Notes: generated by a model from the sequence alone, not told the origin. 63,885 nt of DNA, filler included, from Octopus bimaculoides (GCF_001194135.2; 7 parts of 7 records of this genome joined end to end with filler, not necessarily neighbours in it), one strand, 5' to 3'. Numbered from the whole stretch's first letter, positions 40,863 to 51,384 are shown. Made by a program: numbers and translations.

Positions 40863-40909
<47 letters not shown>

Positions 40910-41009
40910 NNNNNNNNNNNNNNNNNNNNNNNNNNNNNNNNNNNNNNNNNNNNTTAATTAATTAANNNNNNNNNNNNNNNNNNNNNNNNNNNNNNNNNNN
41001 NNNNNNNNN

Positions 41010-41425
41010 TACAGCAACGAGCACCACCAACACCGCCACGAAGAGCACTGTTGTTACTACTGCTACTACTGCCACCAACCCCGCCACCACCCCAACAACA
41101 ATAACAACATCATCACCTACATTGCCACCACCACCACCACCACCATCATCGTCATCGTCATCATCATCATCATCATCATCATCGTCATCATCGTCATCAT
41201 CATCATCAACATCATCGTCACTATCATCACCGCCAGAATCACCATTATCGGTCGGCACCACCACCGCCTCCACCACCATCACCACCACCACCACTATCAG
41301 CATCACAGGAGCCCCCCCCCACAATCCTCACCACCCTCACCATCGTCATCATCATCATCATAATCAGCAGCAGCACCACCACCACCACCATCAACAGCAG
41401 CACCATCTACTACTACTACTATTGT
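41010..41425. repeat. Compound trinucleotide (ACC/ATC/GTC/AGC/ACT)n array
   Basis: Direct reading. Confidence 0.95.
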
Positions 41426-41496
41426 TGTGGTTGGCTTTGGAGACAGTGGAAAGATGGCTCTGGAAGTCTGCATGTGTGTGTGTGTGTGTGTGTGCA

Positions 41497-41533
41497 TACA
41501 TATATATGTGTGTGTGTTTGTGTGTCTGTATGT

Positions 41534-41571
<38 letters not shown>

Positions 41572-41627
41572 GTATGTATGTATGTATGTGTGTGTGTGTG
41601 TGTATAGATATGCGTGTGTCTGTATGT

Positions 41628-41663
<36 letters not shown>

Positions 41664-41666
41664 GTG

Positions 41667-41697
<31 letters not shown>

Positions 41698-41715
41698 ATA
41701 GATATGCGTGTGTGT
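41497..41715. repeat. Tandem duplication of a ~95-bp composite microsatellite unit
   Basis: GTGTCTGTATGTTCGTACACAC...GTGTGTATAGATATGCGTGTGT occurs twice. Confidence 0.85.
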
Positions 41716-41769
41716 GTTTGTGTTAGTAAAATAGATAATAAAAGTGGTTTGAACCAAACGACTTCGAGA

Positions 41770-42545
41770 TGGAGAGAAGAGATAAGCGATTAGGAGAGAG
41801 AGAGCCGCTAGAAATAGATAGGAGATGGATGGAGGGAGGGAGGGAGGGAGAGGGAAGAGGGAGGGGAGAGGAGAGAGGAGAAAGAGAAAAAGGAGAGGGA
41901 GAGAGAGAACGAGAAAGGGAGAAGAGGGAGATATAGAGAGAGGAAAGAGAAAAAGGAGAGAGAGAGAGAAAGAGGGAGAGAAGAGAGAAGGGAAGAAAAG
42001 CGGAGAAAGAGAAAAAGAGGGAGAGAGAGAGAAAAAATGGAGAGAAAAGAGAGAGAGAAAGAGAGAAGGAGATAAAGAGAGAGAGAAAAAGGGAGAGAAA
42101 AGAGAGAGGGAAAGAGAGAGAGAGGGAAAGAGAGAGAGTGGGAAAGGGAGGAAAGAGAGAGAAAGATGGAGAGAAGAGAGAAGGGAAGAAAAGAGGAGAA
42201 AGAGAAAGAGAGAAGGAGATAAAGAGAGAGGAAAAAGAAAAAAGAGAGGGAGAGAGAAAGAGAAAGAAGAGAGAGAGAGAGAAAGAGAGGAAAGAGAAAA
42301 AGGAGAGGGAGAGAGAAAGAAGAGAGAGAGAGAAAGATGGAGAGAAGAGAGAAGGGAAGAAAAGAGGAGAAAGAGAAAAAGAGAAGGTGAGAGAAAGAGA
42401 TAGAGAGAAAAAGAGGGAAGAGATAAAGGAGAAAGAAAGAGAGAGAGAGAGAGAGAGAGAAGAGAAAGAGAAGGAGAGAAAAGAGAGAGAGAGAGAGGGA
42501 GAAAGCAAGAGGGAGATAAAGAGAGAATGAGAGAGAGAGAGAGAG
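41770..42545. repeat. ~770-bp almost pure purine (GA-rich) tract with internal higher-order repeats
   Basis: Very few pyrimidines. GAAAGATGGAGAGAAGAGAGAAGGGAAGAAAAGAGGAGAAAGAGAAA recurs at ~42161 and ~42332. Confidence 0.95.
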
Positions 42546-42929
42546 TGGTGAGACTGGTAGAAAAGCTAGGAAGATGGTGGTGGTTGGGGGTGTCTGATTG
42601 AGGGCAATGAACTGAAGATTGAAGACTAATGATTGAAGAAAAAACTGAGGAGTATGATTGAAAACAGAAGTTTGAAGGGAGAAGATGGAAGACAAAAGAT
42701 TAAAGGCTGATGACTGAAGACAGAAGATTAAAGACTGGAGAGAGAAAAACTGAAGGTCGGAGACAGATTGGTGACTGACGACTGGAAGAAGAAGAAGAAG
42801 AAGAAGAAGAAGAAGAAACCATCGCCTTATGAATTCTATTGTAATTTTTGACTCCCTAAAAATCAATGTCACTAAAGAAGGGCTACTCCAGAACTTCAGT
42901 GGCCCTCATTTTAGCAGTATAGAATGAAA

Positions 42930-43036
42930 CAGTATGAAATGAAGTGTTTTGCTTAAGAAGACAATGTGATATCCATTCCAGGAATTGAAACCACGACTTT
43001 ATGATTGTGAGTTCAGCACTATAGCCATTGGGTCAC
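42930..43036 (-). mobile_element. CpG-decayed tRNA-derived SINE head
   Basis: Minus strand GCATGTGACCCAATGGCTATAGTG...GGTTTCAATTCC...CTTAAGCAAAACACTT, with A-box-like and B-box-like segments. Confidence 0.55.
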
Positions 43037-43328
43037 ATGCATTTATATATTAAAACAATAACATTTAGTGAAGCTAACTTCACGTGTAGAAATTCAAAGA
43101 CATATTTCATCAAGCAATGCTGAAGCAGTTGTTTATGAAGCAGAGGTTACCTCCACCAAACGAAAATCTTAATGTCATTTATAGACATTGCAAGAATATG
43201 ATGAAAGGTAAATTTAACCCTTTCGTTGCCAAATTTATTTTGAGATGTTCTGTGTTTCTTTCAATTACTTAAAATATAACAAAAACTTTAATAAAATAAC
43301 TTAGTTATCCTTAAGCTTATGTTAGGAA

Positions 43329-43550
43329 TGCGGCCATGCTGGAGCACCGCCTTTAGTTGAGCAAATCGACCCCAGGACTTATTCTTTGGAAGCCTAGTAC
43401 TTATTCTATTGGTCTCTCTTTTGCCGAACCGCTAAGTTACGGGGACGTAAACACACCAGCATCGGTTGTCAAGCGATGTTGGGGGGACAAACACAGACAC
43501 ACAAACACACACACACACATACATACATACATGTATACGACGGGATTTGC
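43329..43550 (-). mobile_element. SINE family B, 3' half, CpG-intact (young)
   Basis: GCGGCCATGCTGGAGCACCGCC...GCCGAACCGCTAAGTTACGGGGACGTAAACACACCAGCATCGGTTGTCAAGCG. Confidence 0.9.
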
Positions 43551-43848
43551 GAGCGAGATCGTTGTCAGTGCCCCTGGACTGGCTCTTGTGCGGGTGGCAC
43601 ATAAAATACACCATTTTGAACATGGCCGTTGCCAGTACCGCCTGACTGGCCTTCGTGCCGGTGGCACGTAAAAGCACCCACTACACTCTGTAAGTGGTTG
43701 GCATTAGGAAGGGCATCCAGCTGTAGAAACTCTGCCAGATCGGATTGGAGCCTGGTGTTGCCATCCGGTTTCACCAGTCCTCAGTCAAATCGTCCAACCC
43801 ATGCTAGCATGGAAAGCGGACGTTAAACGATGATGATGATGATGATAT
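43551..43848 (+). mobile_element. SINE family C with internal ~50-bp tandem repeat and (GAT)n tail
   Basis: Two GCCAGT..CTGG..GTGC.GGTGGCAC.TAAAA units, then TTGGCATTAGGAAGGGCATCCAGCTGTAGAAAC...CGGACGTTAAACGATGATGATG. Confidence 0.9.
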
Positions 43849-44051
43849 GAATAAGAAAAAATGATAAGAAAGGGTTGAAAATGCATTAAAGTTTTGTACA
43901 TATATATATTTGAATAGAATAAGTTTTATTTTTAAAGTAGGGAGTAAATAGTTTTGTCATATATTTATACATTTGAAAGTAAAAATGCAAAAATGTTTAC
44001 ACAAGACGAATCATTTCCACATAATTTCACTGTAAAAATATTATTTCTCTT

Positions 44052-44264
44052 TTATCCTTTTACTTGTTTCAGTCATTTGACTGTGGCCATGCTGGGGCAC
44101 CACTTTAAAGGGCTTTAATTGAAGAAATCAACCCCAGGACTTATTCTTTGTAAGCCTAGTACTTATTTTATTGGTCTCTTTTGCCAGACCGCTAAGTTAT
44201 GGAGATGTAAACGCACCATTATTGGTTGTCAAGCAATGGTGGGGGGACAAACATAGACACACAC

Positions 44265-44270
<6 letters not shown>
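44052..44270 (-). mobile_element. SINE family B, 3' half, partly CpG-decayed
   Basis: CTTTTACTTGTTTCAGTCATTTGACTGTGGCCATGCTGG...GGGGGACAAAC. Confidence 0.9.
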
Positions 44271-44304
<34 letters not shown>

Positions 44305-44320
44305 GTATGTAATATATATA

Positions 44321-44447
44321 CAGGGTGTCCACAAAGTCTGGGTACATGGGGATTAACACATACTTTAAGAAATTATTATTTCTTATATCTAATTGATCAT
44401 ATCATGATTTTATTTACTCCGTGTACCCAGACTTTGTGGACACCCTG
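44321..44447. mobile_element. 127-bp Tc1/mariner-type MITE
   Basis: Perfect 26-bp TIR CAGGGTGTCCACAAAGTCTGGGTACA / TGTACCCAGACTTTGTGGACACCCTG, with TA on both sides (inserted in an AT tract). Confidence 0.95.
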
Positions 44448-44571
44448 TATATATATAGTCAATTCACATAAACAAACAATTCAAAATAAAAAAATTCAAA
44501 TAAAAAATAAAAAACAAACATGAAGACATGTACAAGAATTGTATTAACATGACACTCGGTGAAAGGAGAGA

Positions 44572-44608
44572 GTTTGACATTTTGAGCAAAAAGCTCTTCA
44601 TCAGAAAG
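44572..44608 (-). ncRNA. Minimal type-I hammerhead ribozyme, CpG-decayed (probably inactive)
   Basis: Minus strand TTT-CTGATGA-A-GAGC-TTTTT-GCTC-AAAA-TGTC-AAA. Restoring two CpGs gives GCTC-GAAA-CGTC. Confidence 0.65.
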
Positions 44609-44782
44609 GAGAAAGTGAAATGTCCAAAGACAGAAAAGAAACCACCAATAGCCAGTATGGAAAGCGGACGTTAAACAATGATGATGATGATGATATACTA
44701 GACTGACCAGTTGGGTGATCAGGAGAGTCTAAGTTTCCCAGCAACGGGGTCTTGTTTCGTGGGGTTTGTTTTTCTTTTCCAG

Positions 44783-44825
44783 GTTATTTTGTCTGCTTTC
44801 AACAAATGTGACATCGAAATCATGC
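44783..44825 (+). CDS. Candidate 43-nt internal exon (unverified)
   Basis: Strong acceptor TTTGTTTTTCTTTTCCAG|G and donor ATGC|GTAAGC. Open in two frames (VILSAFNKCDIEIM or LFCLLSTNVTSKSC). No homology recognised. Confidence 0.25.
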
Positions 44826-44852
44826 GTAAGCAGCTCCTTTCCCCAGAAAAGG

Positions 44853-44971
44853 AAATATTTGGCTGCTATTTCTTGCACCTCCTGCTGCCACGTAACAGGT
44901 ATTTCAGGTCCTTTATTGCAAATAGCAGTTAAGTGGTAGCAGGGCGTGCTAGAAGTAGCAGCCAAATCTTT
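44853..44971 (+). ncRNA. 119-nt imperfect hairpin (pri-miRNA-like or decayed fold-back)
   Basis: AAATATTTGGCTGCTATTTCTTGCAC pairs with GTGCTAGAAGTAGCAGCCAAATCTTT, and CCTGCTGCCAC pairs with GTGGTAGCAGG. About 56 stem positions with a 7-nt loop. Confidence 0.4.
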
Positions 44972-45061
44972 GGGAGGGAGATACATTGAATATACACAGA
45001 AAAAACTTATGAAAAGAAATTATTTCACACTGAGGTTACAAACAGGTCTTTCACGAAATAT

Positions 45062-45251
45062 TTACCTTTTTACTTGTTTCAGTCATTTGACTGTGGCCAT
45101 GCTGGAGCACCGCCTTTAGTCGAGCAAATCAACCCCAGGACTGATTCTTTGTAAGCCTAGTATTTATTCTATCGGTCTCTTTTGCCGAACCGCTAAGTTA
45201 CGGGGACGTAAACACACCAGCATCGGTTGTCAGGCAATGTTGCGGGGACAA

Positions 45252-45294
<43 letters not shown>

Positions 45295-45437
45295 TACGAT
45301 GGGCTTCTTTCAGTTTTCGTCTACCAAATCCACTCACACGGCTTTGGTCGGCCAAGACACTTGCCCAAGGTGGCACGCAGTGGGACTGAACCCGGAACCA
45401 TGTAGTTCCTAAGCATGCTAGTTACCACACAGCCACT
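45062..45437 (-). mobile_element. SINE family B, near full length with tRNA-like head
   Basis: Minus strand begins AGTGGCTGTGTGGTAACTAG...GGTTCCGGGTTCAGTCCC (A/B-box-like), then CCTTGGGCAAGTG (CORE-like), an internal microsatellite and a 3' tail. Confidence 0.9.
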
Positions 45438-45900
45438 CTTAATTTATACGGAAAAGAATTCTTGTAATGGCAGTCACTCGCAATAAATTAAAAAATCATT
45501 AAAATATTGTCTGTTTAAAGAAAGCTAAAATACTTATTGTACTAACAACTTCCATTTTTGAAATCACATTCACCTAAAAATATTACTAAATGATTAAAAT
45601 ATTCTGTTTAACAAAAGCAAAAATAGAAACATTTTTCATTGTCAAGTCACTGTATAATTGAAAGAGTTACTTCCCTTTCAGGATCAAGATAATTTTGGAG
45701 ACTTTTTCCATTATGCACCGTTTTGGGTATTTATACTCCGGAAACCTTTAATATCTTCACAACTATTTATCAATTTACACAAAATCTGTTTCATATTTAC
45801 ATTTCTGGGGTACCTTAATTCATAGAATTTTCCCATTATGTGCCAGTTTTCCTGAGTAACATTGCAAGCAAGCAAGCAAGATTCAATCTGACTTTTAATG

Positions 45901-45943
<43 letters not shown>

Positions 45944-46698
45944 TANNNNNNNNNNNNNNNNNNNNNNNNNNNNNNNNNNNNNNNNNNNNNNNNNNNNNNN
46001 NNNNNNNNNNNNNNNNNNNNNNNNNNNNNNNNNNNNNNNNNNNNNNNNNNNNNNNNNNNNNNNNNNNNNNNNNNNNNNNNNNNNNNNNNNNNNNNNNNNN
46101 NNNNNNNNNNNNNNNNNNNNNNNNNNNNNNNNNNNNNNNNNNNNNNNNNNNNNNNNNNNNNNNNNNNNNNNNNNNNNNNNNNNNNNNNNNNNNNNNNNNN
46201 NNNNNNNNNNNNNNNNNNNNNNNNNNNNNNNNNNNNNNNNNNNNNNNNNNNNNNNNNNNNNNNNNNNNNNNNNNNNNNNNNNNNNNNNNNNNNNNNNNNN
46301 NNNNNNNNNNNNNNNNNNNNNNNNNNNNNNNNNNNNNNNNNNNNNNNNNNNNNNNNNNNNNNNNNNNNNNNNNNNNNNNNNNNNNNNNNNNNNNNNNNNN
46401 NNNNNNNNNNNNNNNNNNNNNNNNNNNNNNNNNNNNNNNNNNNNNNNNNNNNNNNNNNNNNNNNNNNNNNNNNNNNNNNNNNNNNNNNNNNNNNNNNNNN
46501 NNNNNNNNNNNNNNNNNNNNNNNNNNNNNNNNNNNNNNNNNNNNNNNNNNNNNNNNNNNNNNNNNNNNNNNNNNNNNNNNNNNNNNNNNNNNNNNNNNNN
46601 NNNNNNNNNNNNNNNNNNNNNNNNNNNNNNNNNNNNNNNNNNNNNNNNNNNNNNNNNNNNNNNNNNNNNNNNNNNNNNNNNNNNNNNNNNNNNNNNNN

Positions 46699-46738
<40 letters not shown>

Positions 46739-46936
46739 CAGCAATAAGAAAATGGAGGGGATCAAGAGGTAGTATTCATTAACTTTTAGACATTATATTA
46801 TGTCTATTTATTTATTTAAAAAACACAATTGTAACAATATACATACATGTATAACATATTATGCTTTACATATATAATATATAAAAATACCAGTAATTAT
46901 TAAATATATAACTTAGAGCATAGAAAGTAAAATAGT

Positions 46937-47060
46937 ATCTTACAGCTGTTTCAGCTGAGAGGTCACAGTACCCCACTTTACTTCCAGCCCTCCAGCGAAC
47001 TGAAGCATTTGGTAGATAAGATTAAGGTACTTGGGTGTGTCTCTGGGCTTCGTCAGAGAG
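46937..47060 (-). ncRNA. Type-I hammerhead ribozyme with intact catalytic core and long stem II insert
   Basis: Minus strand TCT-CTGACGA-[AGCCCAGAG...97 nt...CTCTCAGCT]-GAAA-CAGCTG-TA-AGA. It has the CUGACGA core, GAAA, palindromic stem III ACAGCTGT, a GUA cleavage triplet and a 3-bp stem I (TCT/AGA). Confidence 0.7.
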
Positions 47061-47364
47061 TTTAGAAAGTTCATAAGGTTAAGTTATAAATACAAATACA
47101 TACATATACACACACTTTTACATATACATAAATATACATAAGCACATATGTATATATTTATATGTGTATGTATATGCATACAAAGGAATCAATTATTATT
47201 ATTATTAGGTGTATTTTACCCTCACCCATTTATTACACTCGGTAATGTAATTGCCATGCAATGAAAAAACACTTGTGTATTAATAATTGGGTATTCTACC
47301 AGCAATATACTGGATAGATATTATCCCTTAGCTGGTTGTATTCACAACCCCTAACACTTGGAAT

Positions 47365-47427
<63 letters not shown>

Positions 47428-47873
47428 AATTTATGATTATATTATGGGAACAAGATGAAACGATTTGTCTCCTACATGCTTGAAATGCCAGGACACTAAG
47501 AAACTACCGAATAACTCCAAAAAGACACAGGTGAGTGAAAAAAAGCTAAAAANNNNNNNNNNNNNNNNNNNNNNNNNNNNNNNNNNNNNNNNNNNNTTAA
47601 TTAATTAANNNNNNNNNNNNNNNNNNNNNNNNNNNNNNNNNNNNNNNNNNNNCATTCATACCTACATACATACATACATACATACATGCATACATGCATA
47701 CATACATACATACATGCATACATGCATACATACATACATACATACATACATACATACATACATGTAAGCATATTGCATGCATTTATCTATACATACACAC
47801 ACACACACATGCGGCACTTGATTTCTAGTGTGTGACTAATTGTGTCTGTGTGTCTGTCTATGTGCAAGTTTCT

Positions 47874-47904
<31 letters not shown>

Positions 47905-48094
47905 AGTGTGTATTATAACGTATTATTTCTCTAAGCGGAGTGAAGTTGACAAACGAGCGCTACTATTGAGTACATCCGCAAATTACAAATCACGTGCTTT
48001 TCACCCGCGTCACACATATATACACACGCGCGCGCGCACTCATGCACGCACACTCATGCACACACACACACACATGCATACATACATACATACA

Positions 48095-48125
<31 letters not shown>

Positions 48126-48384
48126 GCGTGGTTGTGTGTTTATGCGTGTATGTGTCTGTCTGAGCGTGTGTAAATTATATCAAAAGTTGGCAGCCATCTA
48201 CTCCAAGTTTCAACCCAGGCTGGGCTGTCCCCAACTTCCGTAAACCGCCCAGATTGGACCCCACTCAGATTAGACTATCATCTTTTCGTAAAATAAATGT
48301 GTCTGTCCACTGCATCCTATATATTGTGTTCTATATTAGATAATGTTTGCCGTCAGTAAAATATAATTTAATATGAATTAGCAG

Positions 48385-48590
48385 TGAAGCGGAGAGATGG
48401 TAGAACCGTTAGCACGCCGGGCAAAATGCTTAGTGATATTTCGTCCGTCTTTATGTTCTGAGTTCAAATACCGCCGACATCGACTTTGCTTTTCATAAAA
48501 TGACTACGGTTGAGCACTGGGGTTGATGTAGTCGACCTACCCCCTCTCCGAAATTGCTCTCCACGAACTAAAATTTGAAACCAATTCTAC
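48385..48590 (+). mobile_element. SINE family A copy (internal deletion)
   Basis: GGTAGAACCGTTAGCACGCCGGGCAAAATGCTTAG...GTTCTGAGTTCAAATACCGCCG. Confidence 0.9.
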
Positions 48591-48599
48591 ATAATTCTA

Positions 48600-48900
48600 A
48601 TATGGTAACTACGAGGAAGCAATTGACTGGTCGGATTATGAGATCATTTAGAAAAAGAACAGAAGCCATGTTGGCCCCACGGATAGCAGTTGTTCTCAGT
48701 TACCTATGACTACTCCGAAATATGTTCGCCATATAATATCAAAGTAACAGTGGAGCTTTTGTCCATTCAACGCTGTTATATCAAGAAGATTGCCCCGATG
48801 CTACAGATGATTTATTGAGAAAGGTTAAAAGAACTGAGGCTCTGCTTCCTTTAGCGAAGATGCAAAATATATTGAGAGATATATGGAAAATCTAACGACT
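48600..48900 (+). mobile_element. CR1-clade LINE C-terminal fossil
   Basis: DYSEICSPYNIKVTVELLSIQRCYIKKIAPMLQMIY*ERLKELRLCFL*RR (cf. LEYC..WSP...LE.IQR..T.KI...Y.ERL..L.L.SL.RR). Confidence 0.8.
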
Positions 48901-49150
48901 AACTTTGATAGAGGAAGTTGTAAGAATCTTCGAATTTGACGCAGGTGCATAATAACGCAGGCACCTCCCTCTTCGTTTCTCTCGATATTTTTTCCTTTAA
49001 TGTGTCTTAGATGTGAATGGATCTGTGAGAGACATCTGTACTATGATCATGTGAAAGTGTCTTTGTTTAGAACAATTATAGTTTCAGGTGTTCCAGCCGT
49101 GATCATCCCTATTGTTTGTTTTTTTTTACACATTGTATATCTAAAACTAC

Positions 49151-49534
49151 GTGGAGGCGCAATGGCCCAGTGGCTAGGGCAGCGGACTCGCGGCCATAGC
49201 ATTTCGGCTTCGATTCCCAGACCGGGCGTTGGGAGTGTTTATTGAGCGAAAACACTTAAAGCTCCACGAGGCTCCGGCATGGGGATGGTGGCGAACCCTG
49301 CTGGATTCTTTCACCACAACTTTCTCTTACTTCCTGTTTCTGTTGTGCCTGTAATTCAAAGGGTCAGCCTTGTCACACTGTGTCACGCTGAATATCCCCA
49401 AGAACTACGTTAAGGGTACACGTGTCTGTGGAGTGCTCAGCCACTTGGACATTAATTTCACGAGCAGGCTGTTCCGTTGATCGGATCAACTGGAACCCTC
49501 GAGGTCGTAAGCGACGGAGTGCCAACAACAACAA
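49151..49534 (+). mobile_element. SINE family D, full length, tRNA-derived
   Basis: A-box TGGCCCAGTGG, B-box-like GCTTCGATTCC, ends GACGGAGTGCC(AAC)n. The tail is homologous to 50771-50832 (minus). Confidence 0.9.
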
Positions 49535-49921
49535 TCTAAAATTACGTCTTACGTATCGTTCCTTTTTTACCGCGGCAGAGTATGTTATTAAAGATACTTC
49601 TACATGTCTGGAAATGCAATACAAATTAGTTTCATTCTGCTACCAGTAAAGACAAACTGACACAAGCTGAACACGAGGAATGATATTTTACAAATGTTTA
49701 TTGAGTAACACCCATAACACCTTCCATTGATTAAATATTCAGCCTTCATATTCAAACTTAAAAGATAGTCGCTTAATCTATGTAGCTTCGCGAGACAGGT
49801 TAACATATTGTTACGTTGATCAATTGGCTCTTCATATTTCAATCACCGAGCGACGAATTCAGATGTAATTAAAGGCGCTGATCCGCTAAATCTCAGGAAA
49901 GGCATATATATACATATATAT

Positions 49922-49953
<32 letters not shown>

Positions 49954-50691
49954 CATATATANNNNNNNNNNNNNNNNNNNNNNNNNNNNNNNNNNNNNNN
50001 NNNNGTATGTATGTATATATATATATATATATATATATAGTAGAAGCACACACATAGTAAGCGTAAAGCTTACCGTTTTTAGCACACACAGTTATTACCA
50101 TAAACAAGGATGCCATTCTGACATTTCCATCATCGGAATGATGCAGTCGTTTTTGATTTATGAGTATGGGACGACAAAAATCATTAATCCCATTAAAATC
50201 ATCGGAGAAGTCAAGGGATTCAGTAAACCTTGGTAATTGGTAAGTTTGGTGGCTTTGACGAGTGAAAAAATATAGTTTCCGACATTGGTGAGTTGGCAGG
50301 ACTGTATAATACTTTCTAATATAATATTCGATGAAAGCGAAAAATAAGAGAATAGTTTAAACAGAAGGGACATGATGTAGAAGAGGAGGTGGTCGACGTG
50401 AACGAGAGATGTAAGAGTTGAGAGTAGGTTGTGAGAAAGGAAGGGTGGTAGTGAGGTATAATTCATTTCTTTATTCATTTCTTTTATTTATTTAAAGAGA
50501 GAGAGAGAGAGAGAGAGAAAGAAAGAGAAAAAGAGGGAGAGAGACAGGGAGGGAGAGAGAGGTTGGTGTGTTAGGTAGTGAGATGAAGGTCTGGTACTAC
50601 AGTGAAAGTTTACGAAGAGCTTCCGATCTTTGAAGCTTTGGGTTTTGGTTGCACACACACAAACACACGCACACGCACACAAACACACAAT

Positions 50692-50770
<79 letters not shown>

Positions 50771-50834
50771 TGGCATTCCGTCGGTTACGACGGCAAGTGT
50801 TCCAATTGATTTGACGGACAGAACAGTGTGCTTC

Positions 50835-51340
50835 AAAAGTCCAGCATGTCCTGAGCAATTTTCATGCGGAGTTGCCTTGGGAAAGAACTTCGCCGACACT
50901 CTCCGCATACACAAATCCTCCGTTAAAATGGAATGCACTGATCCTGTGCTTGTTCCCAGTTTGTGAGCAGATTCCTGGATTTTTGCACGACGGCCATCCA
51001 TGACTGTTCGCCAAACCTTCTGAATCGGTTCCTTGTTTTGGCTTGTAGATGACCTGCCTGAACATGCGTCGCTCTCCACTGAGGTTATACCATTCATTTA
51101 TCTGAGTTTTGCCCATGGCATCATCACCAAAGGTCTGCTGAATTTTCTGGGTGATTTTACTTTGAGTATCACCAAGCTTTTGGAAAACATGGTGCAATAT
51201 CTCTGTTCGATGCATTTTGTGAAAGCAAAAATCCGACGAACGTGCACTAAACATCTGTACTTTAGGGTCAAGAGCCGGGAACTGACGTGCCCAACTAGCA
51301 CGAAAATTTTCACGCATATGCTGGAAGTGTGGCGTCACCT
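50835..51340 (-). mobile_element. Mariner-family transposase, N-terminal half, fossil
   Basis: KLGDTQSKITQKIQQTFGDDAMGKTQINEWY, TSVESDACSGRSSTS and SVHSILTEDLCMRRVSAKFFPK (HTH region and WVP-equivalent motif). Catalytic half absent. Confidence 0.9.
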
Positions 51341-51384
51341 CCCACCCAGAGGACTTTGCCCATGCGATATCAGTTTGAGTGTAT

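Larger units (their letters stand above)
43214..43878. mobile_element. piggyBac-type MITE remnant (TTAA-CCC terminus) interrupted by nested SINEs
   Basis: Left end TTAA|CCCTTTCGTT (43214). Probable right end GAAAGGG|TTGA (43868-43878). Confidence 0.5.

Noticed and set aside
41723-42872. 192-354-aa ORFs rich in R/E/K or L/S/F
   Set aside because: Translations of the GA-rich tract, not genes.
44729-44986. 85-aa minus-strand ORF (WQQEVQEIAAKYFLFWGKELL...) and a superficial resemblance of the hairpin arms to miR-15/16 (TAGCAGC, AAATATT)
   Set aside because: The ORF has no good splice or start context and overlaps the hairpin. The miRNA seed (AGCAGCA) does not match, so no family was assigned.
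49151-49230. tRNA-like sequence (also 19562-19618, 42930-43036, 45370-45437)
   Set aside because: A and B boxes are present but there is no closed cloverleaf, and each continues into SINE body sequence. These are SINE heads, not tRNA genes.
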